Part shown: positions 39,287 through 52,900 of the stretch, piece after piece | Position numbering within the stretch: the stretch's first letter is position 1 | Layout: the number at the start of each line of letters is the position of its first letter | NCBI RefSeq assembly: GCF_963921235.1 | Contig: NC_086120.1 | Span: 19,654,001 to 19,718,000 of the forward strand | Direction of reading: 5' to 3' | Source: Mobula hypostoma | Lineage: Eukaryota | DNA length: 64,000 nucleotides | Notes under the pieces: model-generated | Database searches by the model: none | Seen by the model: only the letters and a program-made list of their open reading frames with translations | What the model was told of the DNA's origin: nothing | Made by a program: the position numbers and the translations under genes

Positions 39287-41010
39287 TGTAACGCAAGATT
39301 TCCAGCATCTTCGGAATTTCTTGTGTTCATGATGTGCATTGTTTGTGATCTAACTGCACAAATGCTTGTATGGGCAATCTCTCCATACAATAGTGGACAT
39401 TTACAAATGAAAGTCATTCCAAGGGTTAACATTGACAATTTATAATTTATCTTCAGTATTGAAACAATATTTTTGTTTCATATTGAAGGTTCAGTTCACT
39501 CATAACTAAATTCTATTTATTACCTTCAGTCTCCAATGAGTTGATCTCACTGCCACCCAGATAGCTGCTTGTATAAGCAAGGGAAAATCGTACAATTGTT
39601 TTGTTTTTTTTTCCCCAGTGATATTAGGTATCATTCTCAAGGAACATTGGTCATTTGAAAAATAGTTAGACATACATTTTTAACAGTGCAATCCCACAGC
39701 ATAATCCCTACCACCTTCACCAAGAAAACTCAACGATATTATTTTTTTCCAATCTTTGATATTTTCTTCTCTTTGTAGAATTAGGGCATTAAGGAGATCT
39801 ATTTTGATACAATGAACACGTATATGTTATTTTATAAAGGAGTCATTGTATTTTAATGTATGGCATTACATCATTTTTCAGCTATGGGGGCAATGGATGC
39901 AAAAGGAATGTTTGCAGCTAAAACTTTCCAGGCCATTAGTGAAAGATTTTTCTGATCGTGCATATATTTCCTTATGACACAGAAAGATCCACTTGCCTGT
40001 CAGCTCCGTGCAACCCTCAGAGCAATCCTGTCAATCCCAATTCCCCATTTATTTCCTTATAGTCTGTTTTCCTCCAACTCCCCTTGACTCTCTTACTACA
40101 TACCTATACCAGGGGTCATATTTATAGCTGCCAAATAACCAGCTAACCAGCATTTTTTCAATATGTGGAGGGAGCCACAGCACCTGGGGAACCCAAGAAG
40201 ACACGAAGCGCTGGACTGCCGGATCCAGCCAGATGCAAGGCTGTGGCATGAAAGAACCCAAAACATCCCATGGTAAATTATATCCATTCTCTTCCTAGTT
40301 TTGCTACCAAGTTCAGTCATTGTTTAATGGTGGCAGTCAGGAATAAAAATATTAGCTTTGGTCCCACCAGTCCCAGCCCTGTCACCCTCCAAGACCAGAC
40401 ACTCATGGAAAAGGCTGTTGAAATCTTCAAGAGGGATACTGCCTTTCTACAGGTTTTGTTTATGTTTGTTCAATGAAGCAATGGTATTCTCTCATGCTAA
40501 GGCTGGCTGTTTAGTGCATACCTGCTATCTGTAGATATGCAGTTTTGAGGCATTCGTTCAATATTTCATCCTCTTCCTTTAACAGAAACTGCACTTTTAC
40601 AGGCAAAAGTAGTGCTAAGACATAATCTCGATATGCTGAGACCTTCATATTAGCCTGTTACTCCAGTTTGCCGGTTTGTTTATCCTGTTCTCTGATGAAG
40701 TTTATTGAGGTGGTAATATGCGACCCATGATAGCAGGTGTGGTCCATGTTATCAAATTCTTCATTGTTCAAGTGAGTATTCAAATAAAGCACCTTGTGAT
40801 CAGAGAACTGTCTTGTTTAAGCCGACATCAAGTCACATCAAATTTGCCACAAGCATCATAAAATTGTTTGATCATAAGCAGCAGTCTATCAAGCAATTTA
40901 GCAATAACTATGGTACCAACCATCTGCAAAGAATTTCTTGCTCCAAAATGAAGTTGGCTTTCCGAGTTGTTGGTTCTTTGAGCAATAGCTTCTAACTTTT
41001 GAGCAAATTA

Positions 41011-42196
41011 CAATACAATACAAAAGTCTTATTTTGACAACTGGCTGAAAAGATAAGAGGCCATAGGATCCAGGGCAATTTGGCAAGTTGGATCTGAAGT
41101 TGGCTTGTTGACAGGAGCCTGAGAGTAATGGTTAAGGTTTGTTTTTGCAAATGGAAGCCACAATGATTTGATGCTGGAGCCATTGGTGTTCATCACAGAC
41201 ATTCACAATCTGGATGTGAAGGTGGGATGTATGATTAGTAAGACACCAGAGATTGTTTGGTGTTGATAGTGAGAAGGGTCATCTTCAGCCACATATGGTA
41301 TTAGTTTGTAAGATGGACAGAAAAGTGAAGATGGTATTTTAACATGAAAAATGTGAGGCAATGCATTTTGAGATATATACAATGAAAGAAAAGACTTTAG
41401 GAAGTACTAAGGAGCTGTAGTAAGGTTACATAAAATGTAAACCACAGTGGATCATTGTGTGCTGTTCTGGTCACCACAATCTAGGAAGGACTTGTTTGTA
41501 CTGGAGAGAATGCAGGATAAAATTTGCCTGGGATGGAGAATTTTAATTATTCGAAGAGACTGGAAAGGCTGTTTTCCTTAGAGCACAGGAAGTTGAGAGG
41601 TGACCTGACTGAATTAAACAAAATTATGACGAGCATAGATTGGGAGGAAGTGAGAAATCTTTCCCCTCAGTAGAGGTGCTTTTAACTAGAGGAGATAGGT
41701 TTAAGGTAAGGACTAGAATTTGAGAGGACATAAGAAATAATATTTCACCCAGAAGAAGATTGAAATCTAGATTGCACTGACAAAAGGGATGGTGGAGACA
41801 TGTAAATGGTACATGTAAAAAAAATTGTAAAGCAAAGATGCTTTCAAAATAATGATTTGAAAAGTTTCTAAATATCAAAAAACTACAAAGAGCAATAAAC
41901 AGCAAAAAAAACCACTAAATCACTCAATATTTGGTGGGACCACCTTTGCCTTTAAAACAGCATCAATTCCCTTAGGTACACTGTCCTGCAGTTCTATATA
42001 TATAAAAAAAATCAGCAGGTAAATTTGCTCCAATTTGTTCATTGCAGAACTTGCCACAGTTCTTCTGCAGACTTTGGAGGTCTCACCTGCTTCTGTCTCT
42101 CCAGGTAATCCCAGACAACCTCAATGATGTTGAGATCAGGGTTCTGTGGAGGCCATACTATCTGAAACCATTAAAAAACACTTTTACATAGTACTG
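41011..42196. mobile_element. Internally deleted Tc1 remnant carrying a 778-bp insertion
   Basis: TA-flanked decayed TIRs caatacaatacaaaag (41011) and cttttacatagtactg (42181-42196), 12/16 match; Tc1-like internal sequence 41808-42165. Confidence 0.6.
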
Positions 42197-43980
42197 TACA
42201 TGAAAGCACTTACTCAACAATGCTGAGCAGATTTACTGCAATATTGCTTACAAACCATTGTATTTCTTTTATTTTTATGAAGAATAATTATTGTTGCATC
42301 CTTCAATTCTTGTATGAGACTATTTACCAGCAGGTGAAATATTGCCTGGGTTATCGATAGTAATAAAGAAAATAAGGAAGAGGTGAAAAATAAACTATAA
42401 AAAGGACGTATGAAATCAACTCAAAAAAGAGCAGGGAAAATTATAGGTGTAATAATGATGCAATCAAGAAGAAGGAATGTCAGCGGCTCTACTTCATTAG
42501 CAGTTTGAGGAGATTTGGTATGTCACCAAAATCACTTGTAAATTTCTACGGATGTACTGGTTGCATCTCGGTCTGGTATGGAACCTCCAATGCACAGGAT
42601 TACAAATGGCCACAGAGGGTTGTACATTTTCCATTCCATCAGGCATAATTCTTTCCATCATCAAGGACATCTTCAAGAGGCAGTGTCTCAAAAATTATAT
42701 CAATCATTAAAGACCATCACCATCCGGGACATTCAGCCTTTGCATTACTGTTATAGGGGAAGAGCCTTAAGACCCACACCAAACTTTTTTAGAACAGTTT
42801 ATATCCCTTTGCCATCAAATTTCTGAATGGCATTATTCGTCTTTTGTGTTATTTATTTATTTTTGTGACAATAGTAATTGTATGACTTTGCACTGCACTT
42901 TTGTGGCAAAACAACAATTTTCACAGCATTTGTCAGTGATAATAAACCTGATTCTGATAACTGTAATGGAGACTCAATTATAATGGCAAATGTGTTATCA
43001 ACTTTACAAAAAAAAATCAATGTAAATAAGATGTATGTATCAAATTCACAAATTTTTGGTGACAAGTTACAAGAATTATATTAGCAATCCTAAGAAGCAG
43101 TCATAGATGTGCCAAGTTTATCTATTCTGATCTCATTTTCTACTAGCCTTCAGTACTGTGTTTCAAGTGTTCATCTAAATACATAAATCTTTTGAGAGTA
43201 CCTGTCTCCACCATCCCTTTTGTCAGTGCAATCTAGATTTCAATCTTCTTCTGGGTGAAATATTATTTCTTAAGTCCTCTCAAATTCTAGTCCTTACCTT
43301 AAACCGATCTCCTCTAGTTAAAAGCACCTCTACTGAGGGGAAAGATTTCTCACTTCCTCCCAACCTATGCTCATCATAATTTTGTTTAATTCAGTCAGGT
43401 CACCTCTCAACTTCCTGTGCTCTAAGGAAAACAGCCTTTCCAGTCTCTTCGAATAATTAAAATTCTCCATCCCAGGCAAATTTTATCCTGCATTCTCTCC
43501 AGTACAAACAAGTCCTTCCTAGATTGTGGTGACCAGAACAGCACACAATGATCCACTGTGGTTTACATTTTATGTAACCTTACTACAGCTCCTTAGTACT
43601 TCCTAAAGTCTTTTCTTTCATTGTATATATCTCAAAATGCATTGCCTCACATTTTTCATGATAAAATACCATCTTCACTTTTCTGTCCATCTTACAAACT
43701 AATACCATATGTGGCTGAAGATGACCCTTCTCACTATCAACACCAAACAATCTCTGGTGTCTTACTAATCATACATCCCACCTTCACATCCAGATTGTGA
43801 ATGTCTGTAATGAACACCAATGGTTCCAGCATCAAATCATTGCGGCTTCCATTTGCAAAAACAAACCTTAACCATTACTCTCAGGCTCCTGTCAACAAGC
43901 CAACTTCAGATCCAACTTGCCAAATTGCCCTGGATCCTATGGCCTCTTATCGTTTCAGCCAGTTGTCGAAATGAGACTTT
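41023..43980. repeat. Near-perfect inverted repeat, 778-bp arms (41023-41800 / 43203-43980), 1.4-kb spacer
   Basis: The arms are reverse complements with about 11 substitutions counted by eye and no indels seen; the ORF track shows the duplicated peptide M(A/V)PASNHCGFHLQKQTLTITLRLLSTSQLQIQLAKLPWILWPLI on opposite strands. Confidence 0.95.
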
Positions 43981-46900
43981 GACCAAGGACTTGCTGAACT
44001 TCATGAGGTGTGGTTGATGTTCCATGTCATACATTATGATTAGACCATGCAAATCTATTTTACACACTTAGTCACCTCTTCCATCAACATGCAATACACT
44101 GTACAATTAAAAACAAAGCTTGCAGTATAATTCACTGGATTTGGACTACTGCACCAACTCACCTCTATTGGGGATGAGTATCCATTCCCCCTCACTAAAC
44201 TGAGCCATTCATGGAGGGAACAGCCAAATTAATGCTCTATCACCTAAGGACTGGGCTTCAGGCGATGAGGAAGGTCCTGATGCCTTCTCATGTCTCACTG
44301 CTTTCAAAGATTTCTATGCTGTTTCTCTTCTCTCAAAATAGGTGAAGTTTTGAAAGTCTCCAGCTCATACAACTGTGGATACTGAATCATTAAGAAAGGT
44401 ACAGTGGCGATGTACTATTACAGCTCAGGGAGATCTGGAGTTTGGAGTTCAATTCCAGCACCGTCTGTAAGGAGTCTGTATGTCCTCCCCATGGAATGAA
44501 TGGGATTTCCCCAGGTGCTCCAGAGTCCAAAGATGTACTAGGTAGGTTAATTGTAAATTGTTCTGTAATTAGGTCAGGGTTAAATGGGGTTGTTGGGGGT
44601 GACATAGCTCAAAGGACTAGAAGGGCCTATTCTACAGCATATTGCTAAAAAGAAATATTCTAGGCTGAGATTGATTCCCAACAAGGGATCAGGAAAGCTA
44701 AAGCCATTATTTGATCGACCAATTTCTTACTAAATTGCAGCACAGGATCAAACCAGTGAATACCCTGCTGGTGACTGAAGAGAATGTAGGCGAGAAGTGA
44801 TTGGGTAGTTTTTTTTCCTTTTTTAATTTTCTTTTACACACAGAGTGCTAGGTGCATGGAATGCTTTGCCAGGGTGGTGGCTGAGGCAGGTACCTTCAGG
44901 AGATTTAAGAGATATTTTTGATAGGCACATGGATGAAAGAAAAATAGAGGGTTATGTGGAAGGGAAGTGTTAAGATTGCTCTTGGAGTAGGTTAGTAAGT
45001 CAGTACAACATAGTAAGCTGAAAGGCCTGTATTGTGCTGTTCTGCGTTCTAATGCTATCGCTCATATTTTTAGCTGAGTTCAGGTTGGAGATGGGGAATG
45101 GGACTCTCAAATTCCAAGGTATTGGTGCTATGCTTGACAATTCTTTTATATGCTTAGCTTTCTAAACAATATCTGCTCTTATCTATGGAAGGGAAGCTCA
45201 CTGTAATACACTGCTTCCTTCCTTCTCCTCTCTAGTAAAAGCTGCATTCTCAATGGACAGTACTTCAGCAATTCAAATATTGGACAGTTAAAATAAATAC
45301 ATTCTTTTTGACTGAGATGAAAGCCCAGGAGACAATGTGAATCGCAAATGTAAATATGCAGCTCATCGACCCTGCATGGGAACAAGAAAAAAAAATGAAG
45401 AAAAAAATTAAAGGTGACTTTCCTTTCACAAGAATTAAAGAGGTCCAGTTGTGCTACAAATGCGTTAGTGGATGAGACATTCAGAGGCCAGAGAATTTGA
45501 ATCCAAATTTCACTATTATAGATTGGGAATTTGAACTACATTTAAAAAGCATGAAAATAAGAAGACAACAAATTCAAAAATAAGCCAGAAGTTTACTACC
45601 CACCAGTACTCTAGAGTTATAACTAACAGAGCTGGGAACAGGGATTTATGACATTCATATGAAGTCAGTGCTATCTGGGATTGATGAAACTAGCTGTAGG
45701 CAGAAGGCAGAAAAATTACCATGATGAAATTTTTGAAAAGCTAATTAATTTAATTTACCCTTTATGTAACTGAAGAATTAAATTATGATTTTTTACAAGC
45801 AATGTAAATTTTGTCAAAATTTAAACTACATAACCTCACAGCACAAAAAGATATCATTCAGCCTACACTTCAACTACATTTTCAATCCTTTTCAAATGTT
45901 ACAATTGAATCTTCCTCCATCACCCACACAACCAATTCATTTCAGAACATTAAAACCTGTCAGTTAAAAAGAAAATTATCTCCATTGTTCTTTTACTTTA
46001 CCTTCAATGACCCTAAATATCACATCAGAATATTCAGTTCCCAATCTATATCATCTGCAATAATGTCTCAGTAATGGCCGTCATGTCAAATTTATTTCCA
46101 TTTGTACTCTCAGTTCATCTGTTTGTTTCAAACACAACCTGTATTGTTAGAGAGCCTTGTGTTTAGTCCTTCTCTATGTTTGTAACCTGTAGCTTTATCT
46201 ACCTTTATCTGTTCCAGTAAAATATATTTATCATGTCCCATCATAATACCATTCTCTCTAGCCTTGTTTCCACCTTGATTTATCTGATCTTTGTAAGAGC
46301 TCTTAAAACTTTGAATGGCTCCATATTATTTCCTGCTCTGATCTTGGAGGAACAATGCCATTTTTAATTATCCCTCCTCCCTGTCAGTAATCTCTCTGCA
46401 CTTTCAAGTACTTGTATGTCATACCTTGAAGATGCCATTGCAATTTTTCTGGAATATAACCTGAGATTTATAAAGGCTTACAATACAGACAATACTGTCT
46501 CCATTCATAAAGCCTTCATAGATTCATAAATGTATTTCTAAGTCTTCAATTTGTTCACCAGCTTATAGGAATATAGGAGTCATCAGGTTTGTCCGTTACA
46601 ACAACCCGTTTAAAACATAGTACATATCCTTTCTCATTTTCTTTCTAAATTGCATCATTTCTCTGCATCAAATTTCATCAATTATCACTCCTTATTACTT
46701 CCCTGATATTCTATTATCTGAAATTATACTCCGTCTGATCAAAGCTAGATCATTGATATATTGAGGTAGAGAACAAAATGGGCTTGGGTAGGATTAATAT
46801 AAAATAGTTATATTATAAAATAATATAAAACTGATGATCTATTTCCATGCTGTATTTCCATTTGTTTTTGCTTTCTGATATTCCCACTACTCATTATCAT

Positions 46901-47399
46901 CAACAACCTAACTCCCTAACTATGGCACTGTGGAGCGTTTTTACCACAAGAACCACAGCAGTTCAAGAAGGTGCTCATTACAACTTTCTCAAGAGCAATA
47001 ATATGGGCAATAATACTCTTATTTTTGTTTTAAAACATTCAACATCCAACAAACTCCTGGCTACAAAGCCGCCTTTGAATACAAGAAAGTTTGATAGATT
47101 CAGGGAAGAAACAACTGCTGGAGGAACTCAGCTGGTCGGACACCGTCTGAAATGGGCAGTCCCGTGAAGGCACAATATTCTGGGATCTGGACTAACACAA
47201 AAAGCGGTGTGGGTCTGGCAAAAATCTGCCGAGGTGAAGGGTACTGCCAGTATTCAAATTACAGTATCATATGTATCTCCAATATAGGAAGGAGGCTATT
47301 TTCCATTAAAACACTAAAGTGGATCTACATCTTAAAATATATTACAACCCAAACAGGTTGAGTTTCCTTCTCCAATAACTGACTGAATCAAAACCTTTG

Positions 47400-47552
47400 C
47401 CACCTCAACAACAAACCGGGACGACACCTCAACGATGTCCTTCGCGGATGGCGTCAGCTACGAACCACGTGGTGTGTGACGCAAAAGGTGGGCAGGACCT
47501 TCGTGGGGCAGGGTGACTACTTGCCACTGGTTTTGTGTTCGCGAAAGCCAGG
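47400..47552 (+). promoter_or_regulatory. CpG-island-like R3HDM4 promoter/5'UTR
   Basis: Dense CpGs; E-box CACGTG (~47466), two CRE half-sites (CGTCA ~47452, TGACG ~47477), GC-box-like GGGGCAGGG; no TATA box. Confidence 0.65.
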
Positions 47553-47608
47553 ATGGTGATAGCGAACCGGAACGATGTGACGGACCGGACGGAGTCAGAA
47601 GACTATGT
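47553..47608 (+). CDS. R3HDM4: R3H domain-containing protein 4, coding exon 1
   Basis: aggATGG, MVIANRNDVTDRTESEDY+GT|gtgagt, inside a CpG-rich promoter. Phase 2 matches exon 2, which begins with one extra base. The MV start resembles vertebrate R3HDM4. Confidence 0.8.
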
Positions 47609-49994
47609 GTGAGTAAAGTCTGCATTCTCATGCAGTTAATCCCTTAAAATATCTGTAGGTTAGTTCTTTTGTAGGAAGGTTACTGGTTTGTATTTGATTG
47701 ACAGGACAGGAACCAATCCCGGAACAATATATTGTGAATGTGATGATTGATGGTGCCTTTGGACCAATCAGGGTCAAAATGAAGGTGGGTTTGTCTGGGG
47801 AGACTCTCTGGAGACGCAAGGCGGGGGGTACCTATCGTTTGTAATAACTGTCGTTTATGTGTCGCTCTTTGTGGGAATTTGCTTCGACTGCTAGCACATT
47901 CCCAAGACCAGAGATCATACTAAAGGATGCACCGATGGCCCACAGTAAAGACTTAAGTTGAAGGCCCTCCTACACAGAGGGTGGACCCATAAAAACAGAA
48001 GAATTGATGCCCTTATGATAATAATGTTTTTAACCGTGGGTGGTAATGGAGGAATCTACCATATTATACTTAAAATTAGTATTTCAAAAAAAAGATCTAG
48101 TGCTTAACCGGCGTATATGACATAGAAGCTGTTCTCAGGCATCCAGCCGGGTCCAGGTGGTTAAAATCGACACCGGCTGGAAGCCCGAGAGGAATTTTCG
48201 GTATGTGGATTAACTACGTTATTGGAATGGGAAGGGATGCACTGCAGCTTTCCCCCAAAATGAGATGAAAACTGATGTCGGGTTTAAAAAGAAATGCTTC
48301 ACTCCTTCACACACTCAGGAGGGGAACAGATTATGGTTTCAAATAGGTTACATTATGTCAGTTATTTTGTGGCCTCTTTGATTTATTTGCTTTGGGAAAG
48401 TTCTCAGGATGTAGGGTGCCAGGTAGATTGTCAATCTGAAGTAGCAGGGAGTCAAATCTGAGAGATTTCATGTCAGCTTGTTTCCTTTGAGGCTGCTGGT
48501 TTCTTTTTGTAGGGCATCCAGGGAAGTTCTTTTTCCACAATTCCTTTTGATGTACAAAGGAATGAAAGGCATTTATTCAGAAATGTCAACTGGGCATGCA
48601 CCTTTGTCAAAAATGAACAACCAGACCTTACAAATAATACTGCATGTATCCGAATGAACAGTTATTACTCTTGTCCTAAAGAAGAGTCATGGTCCAACTG
48701 CTTGTTCATTTCTATGGATGCTGCCTGACCTGCTGAGCCCTCCAGCCTTTTGTGTATGTAACCATTACTCATTGGCATGTTTCTCATTGCAAAAGGTAAT
48801 TGGAAATGATTCAGATATTTGCAATTCGACGTAGAACAGGACATGCTAAAAAAGAGATCCATAATTATACTTTTTGTTAAGGCCTTGGCAACATTAACAT
48901 TTTTCACTATAGCTTGTAACTTGCTATGGATAGGTTACATTTCCATTCATTTTTTACGCTACTATTCACAGTAGAAGTAGGCCATTTGGTTCTTTGTGTC
49001 TGTGCTGGTTGTTTTATTGAGCTATACATTAGTCTCAAGTTCAGGTTTTTTTTGCTTCCAATGATTGATGTTAGTATGGGGATTTTTTAAAAAAACTGCT
49101 AAAAGGTGTCCAAAAATAATTTTAAAAGAGGTGTAGTTTCTGTTAAAACTATTCACAATTTTGAAGATCTCCATCAAATCTCTTCTTAATGTTCCTGCCA
49201 CTCAGAGATCACTTCACCTTCTTCAGTTTCTTTCCACTGTAATTGAAATCTTTAGCTCCTGGGACCAAAATAGTAAATCTCTTTTGCACCTTATGAGGGC
49301 CGTGATTTCCAGAAGTGCAATGCCTTGTATAGTCCAAAACTGTATCTGAAGCATTAACAACAATTTTTATTCACTTCTCATTTTGAAAGTTATGGTCGAG
49401 TTGCTTCCATGCTTTCAGGCAATATTCCAAATAATTTCCTCCATCTAATAATTTTTAAAGATCTTGCTGCTGGTCCAACCTATCAAGTCCAATTGTATCC
49501 TAATTAACTGTAAAGCTAAACTAGAGGATTAACAACTGAGTATAATTTTTTTAAATTAAAGGTGTGACCAAAGCCATCAATTTCTACCTCTATAATATTG
49601 TCTGAATCCATTCTGTCTAGCTTATTTATAAAACCCTCCTCCATCATTTTATCTTCAGACTTGGGTAATCTGTTACATACCCACCTGATTACCCTTAATC
49701 TATCTTTCATAAATCTGACATCAACCAAAACTCTGCAACTCTCCCACAAGCATTTACCAAATCCTCTCGTTGGTCACTCCATTGCTCTATGACCTGATCA
49801 AGAGACACCTTTTTAAAATCCATCCTTGATGTCAATCCCTCCATGAGCACCCCAACCTCCCATTCCAACTTGTATCTCTGCAAAGTTCCAGTGCTGTTGT
49901 CTTTAGCACCCCAATTTTATACGCTTCAATTTTTTTGTGCCTTTTCTTCCATTTGAGTTTAACGCAGCACTTTGGAAGAAAAAAATGTGAAGAT

Positions 49995-52900
49995 CGTAAT
50001 GTATGCATCTATTTCTTTTTGAGCAATGACTCCCCTTAGCACTACGTACAATCTGTTGTCTGCACATGCGCATTGATCTCTCGCTCTCTCTCACTGCGAT
50101 GTGAATACACCAGTTAAAGCCACCTCCCACATATGTGCTTTTATTTTAATTGATAATGTAGTTGCAAGGACATAGCAAATTTACGACGAGTTTGAACCTG
50201 AATGTCAGAGAATATCACCAACAGCACTGATAGTTGTGGGATGAAACAGTGAGAGGAAAGATTTAAACAGTACGGAGTAGGCTGTCATGGACACTAACAA
50301 AAGGGATGTGTGAGTACAGCATAGTACACAGTGAAAGATGCACAACTAGCAAAGTTAAAGTGAAAATAACGTGGCGATGGCTTCAGTTAGGGAAGTTGAC
50401 GAATTTGATAGTGCTGGTGAAGGCTCGGAGTTGTATATCGAGAGGGTTGAACTGTATTGTAAGGCGAACGCCGTAGATGAGCAAAAGAAAGCCCCTCATG
50501 CTTCTTAGCTTAATGGGTGCTAGGACGTATAGTCTCTTACACAACCTAGTAACCCTAGAAAAGCCAGCAAGCAAGACATTCGACAAAATTGTTACAATTT
50601 TATAAAATCACTTGAGTGCTAAACCGCTGGTAATAGCTGAGATTTAGATTTTACAGAAAGAATCAGTCAAAGGATGAAAGCGTTTCTGAATACATTTTAG
50701 AACTCTGCAAGCTTTCCTAGTACTGTGACTTTAGAGATGGACTTTCTGATGCATTAAGGGACAGGCTTGTATGTGGCATGCATAGTCAAAGCACTCAGAA
50801 GAGGCAACTGTCAGAAAGAGACCTAACCTTAGAACGGGCATTGACCATTGCAATATCAAAAAAGGATGCAGCTGAACTACAGAAAAGAGGTTAGAATGTG
50901 AAATGCACAAAATGTTCCTGAATGATGCAAAACGCCAAAAATGTTATTGATGTGGCAAACCCTCCCATGGATCAAATGACTGTTGGTTCAAAAAAAAGTA
51001 TGCAGAAAGTGTCACAGTCAAGGTACATAGAGAGAGTGTGCAAGGCAGTCAAAAAGCACAACCGAGTGAAAAGTTTCAAATACAGAACTAAGCAAATGCA
51101 TAAAGTGACCAACTGTGAAACAGAAAACACAGAGTCTGATAAGGGTGAGCTGGCATGCCTAGAATTGCATGGAATTACTGAAGCAGGTCACAAAATCATA
51201 TGGATCACAGTAGATGTGTATGGTGTAAAACTGAAAATGCAACTGGACACAATCAGCTTTGTCTATAACTTCTGAGGCTGACTACAACAGACTGTTTTCT
51301 AAGCTACCATTAGAAAAGACATCAGTGATGCTAAAGAGCTACATAGGCGGAAAAGTCTCCCTAAGGCAAACTGAAAGTGAGTGTGACACATGGAGGCCAA
51401 ACACAGCAGTTAGAGATTTATGTGTTGAAAAGTGGAAGGGCATCACTTTTTGAATGTGAATGGTTGAAAAAAATCCAACTAGACTGGCACACAATTAGAG
51501 CTCTCAATGTCTGATCAACAGGCAATTGCAGCCCAAATGGTAGCACTGACCAGAGACAGTCTCAGATGCTCAGTGTGAAGGTGTTTGAGAAGGGTATTGG
51601 TAAACTCAAAGGCATGAAGACCAGAAATAAATTGAATGAAGCAGCAACACCAAGATTCCGTAAAGCACATCCAATGCCGTATGCACTATGTCTGAAAGTG
51701 GATACTGAATTCCAGGCATCTGGAATTCTTTCCATGGTTGATTGGAGTGATTGGGCCATGCCTTTTGTCCCGGTGATCAAGAAAGGGAAGGCCGGAGCCG
51801 TTCACATATGCGGGGACTTAAATGTGAGCACCAGCCCTGTGCTGAGTACTGTGCAGTATCCCTTGCCACAAATAGAAGACATTTTTGCGTCTTTGGCAGG
51901 CGGAGAGAAGTTTTCAAAGATTGACTTGTCACAAGTCTATCTGCAAATGGAGACTGAGGAGTCAAGCAGGAAGTTCCTCACAATCAACACTCACAAGGGA
52001 CTATTCCAGTATAATCGTCTCGTCCTTGATGTCGCATCAGCTCCACCAATTTGGCAAAGAGCAATGGACCAAATGCTCCAAGATACCCCAGGAACACAAT
52101 GTTACCTTGATGATGTCATTGTGGCTGACAAGAATGATAAAAAGCACATCCAGAACCTGGGTAAAGTTCCTTACCAAACTGAGTGAGTATGATCTGCGCG
52201 CAAAGAGAAAGAAATTTGAGTTTTTCAAGAATGAAATCTCATATTATGGACATATCATTGACAAACATGGCTGACATAAGTTCTCAAGAGAAGACTGAAA
52301 CAGTGCTTCAGGCACTCAAACCGGAAAATGTGTCATAACTGAGGTCATACTTGGGCCTTGTAAATTACTACCACCTATTTCTCCCAAGCATTGCTACAGC
52401 GCTGCACCAATTGAATGCACTGTTGCAGACAGGAGCAAAATAGGAATGGTTAGAAAGTTTGTGAAAGAGCATTCAAGGAAATCAAGAGACTAATAACATC
52501 AGATGAACTGCTCACCCATTATGACTCGCTTGTCACATCTTCCATTGTTGGCAACTGAAGAAGAAAAGCCTTCATACTCTGACCAGTTGCCGGGAACAGG
52601 GTCAGAAATAAAAAGAGAAACATGGAATGATCAGACATTGTCAAAAGTCTATGAAATCACCATGCAAAGATGGCCAGCTTGTGGTAACCCTGTTTCCAGA
52701 GTTCTTAGGAAGATGAGACCACTGTCGGTATGTCAAAGAATGCTGATGTGTGGCTCCCTCTAAACTGCGCACCAGAGTGTTGAGGAATCTGTATGAAGGA
52801 CACTTGGGGACAGTCAAGATGAAGAGTCTCACCCAGAGCTACATGTGGTGGCCAGGAATATATAGGCAGATTGATGACTTAGCCAAAAGCTGTATGGGAT

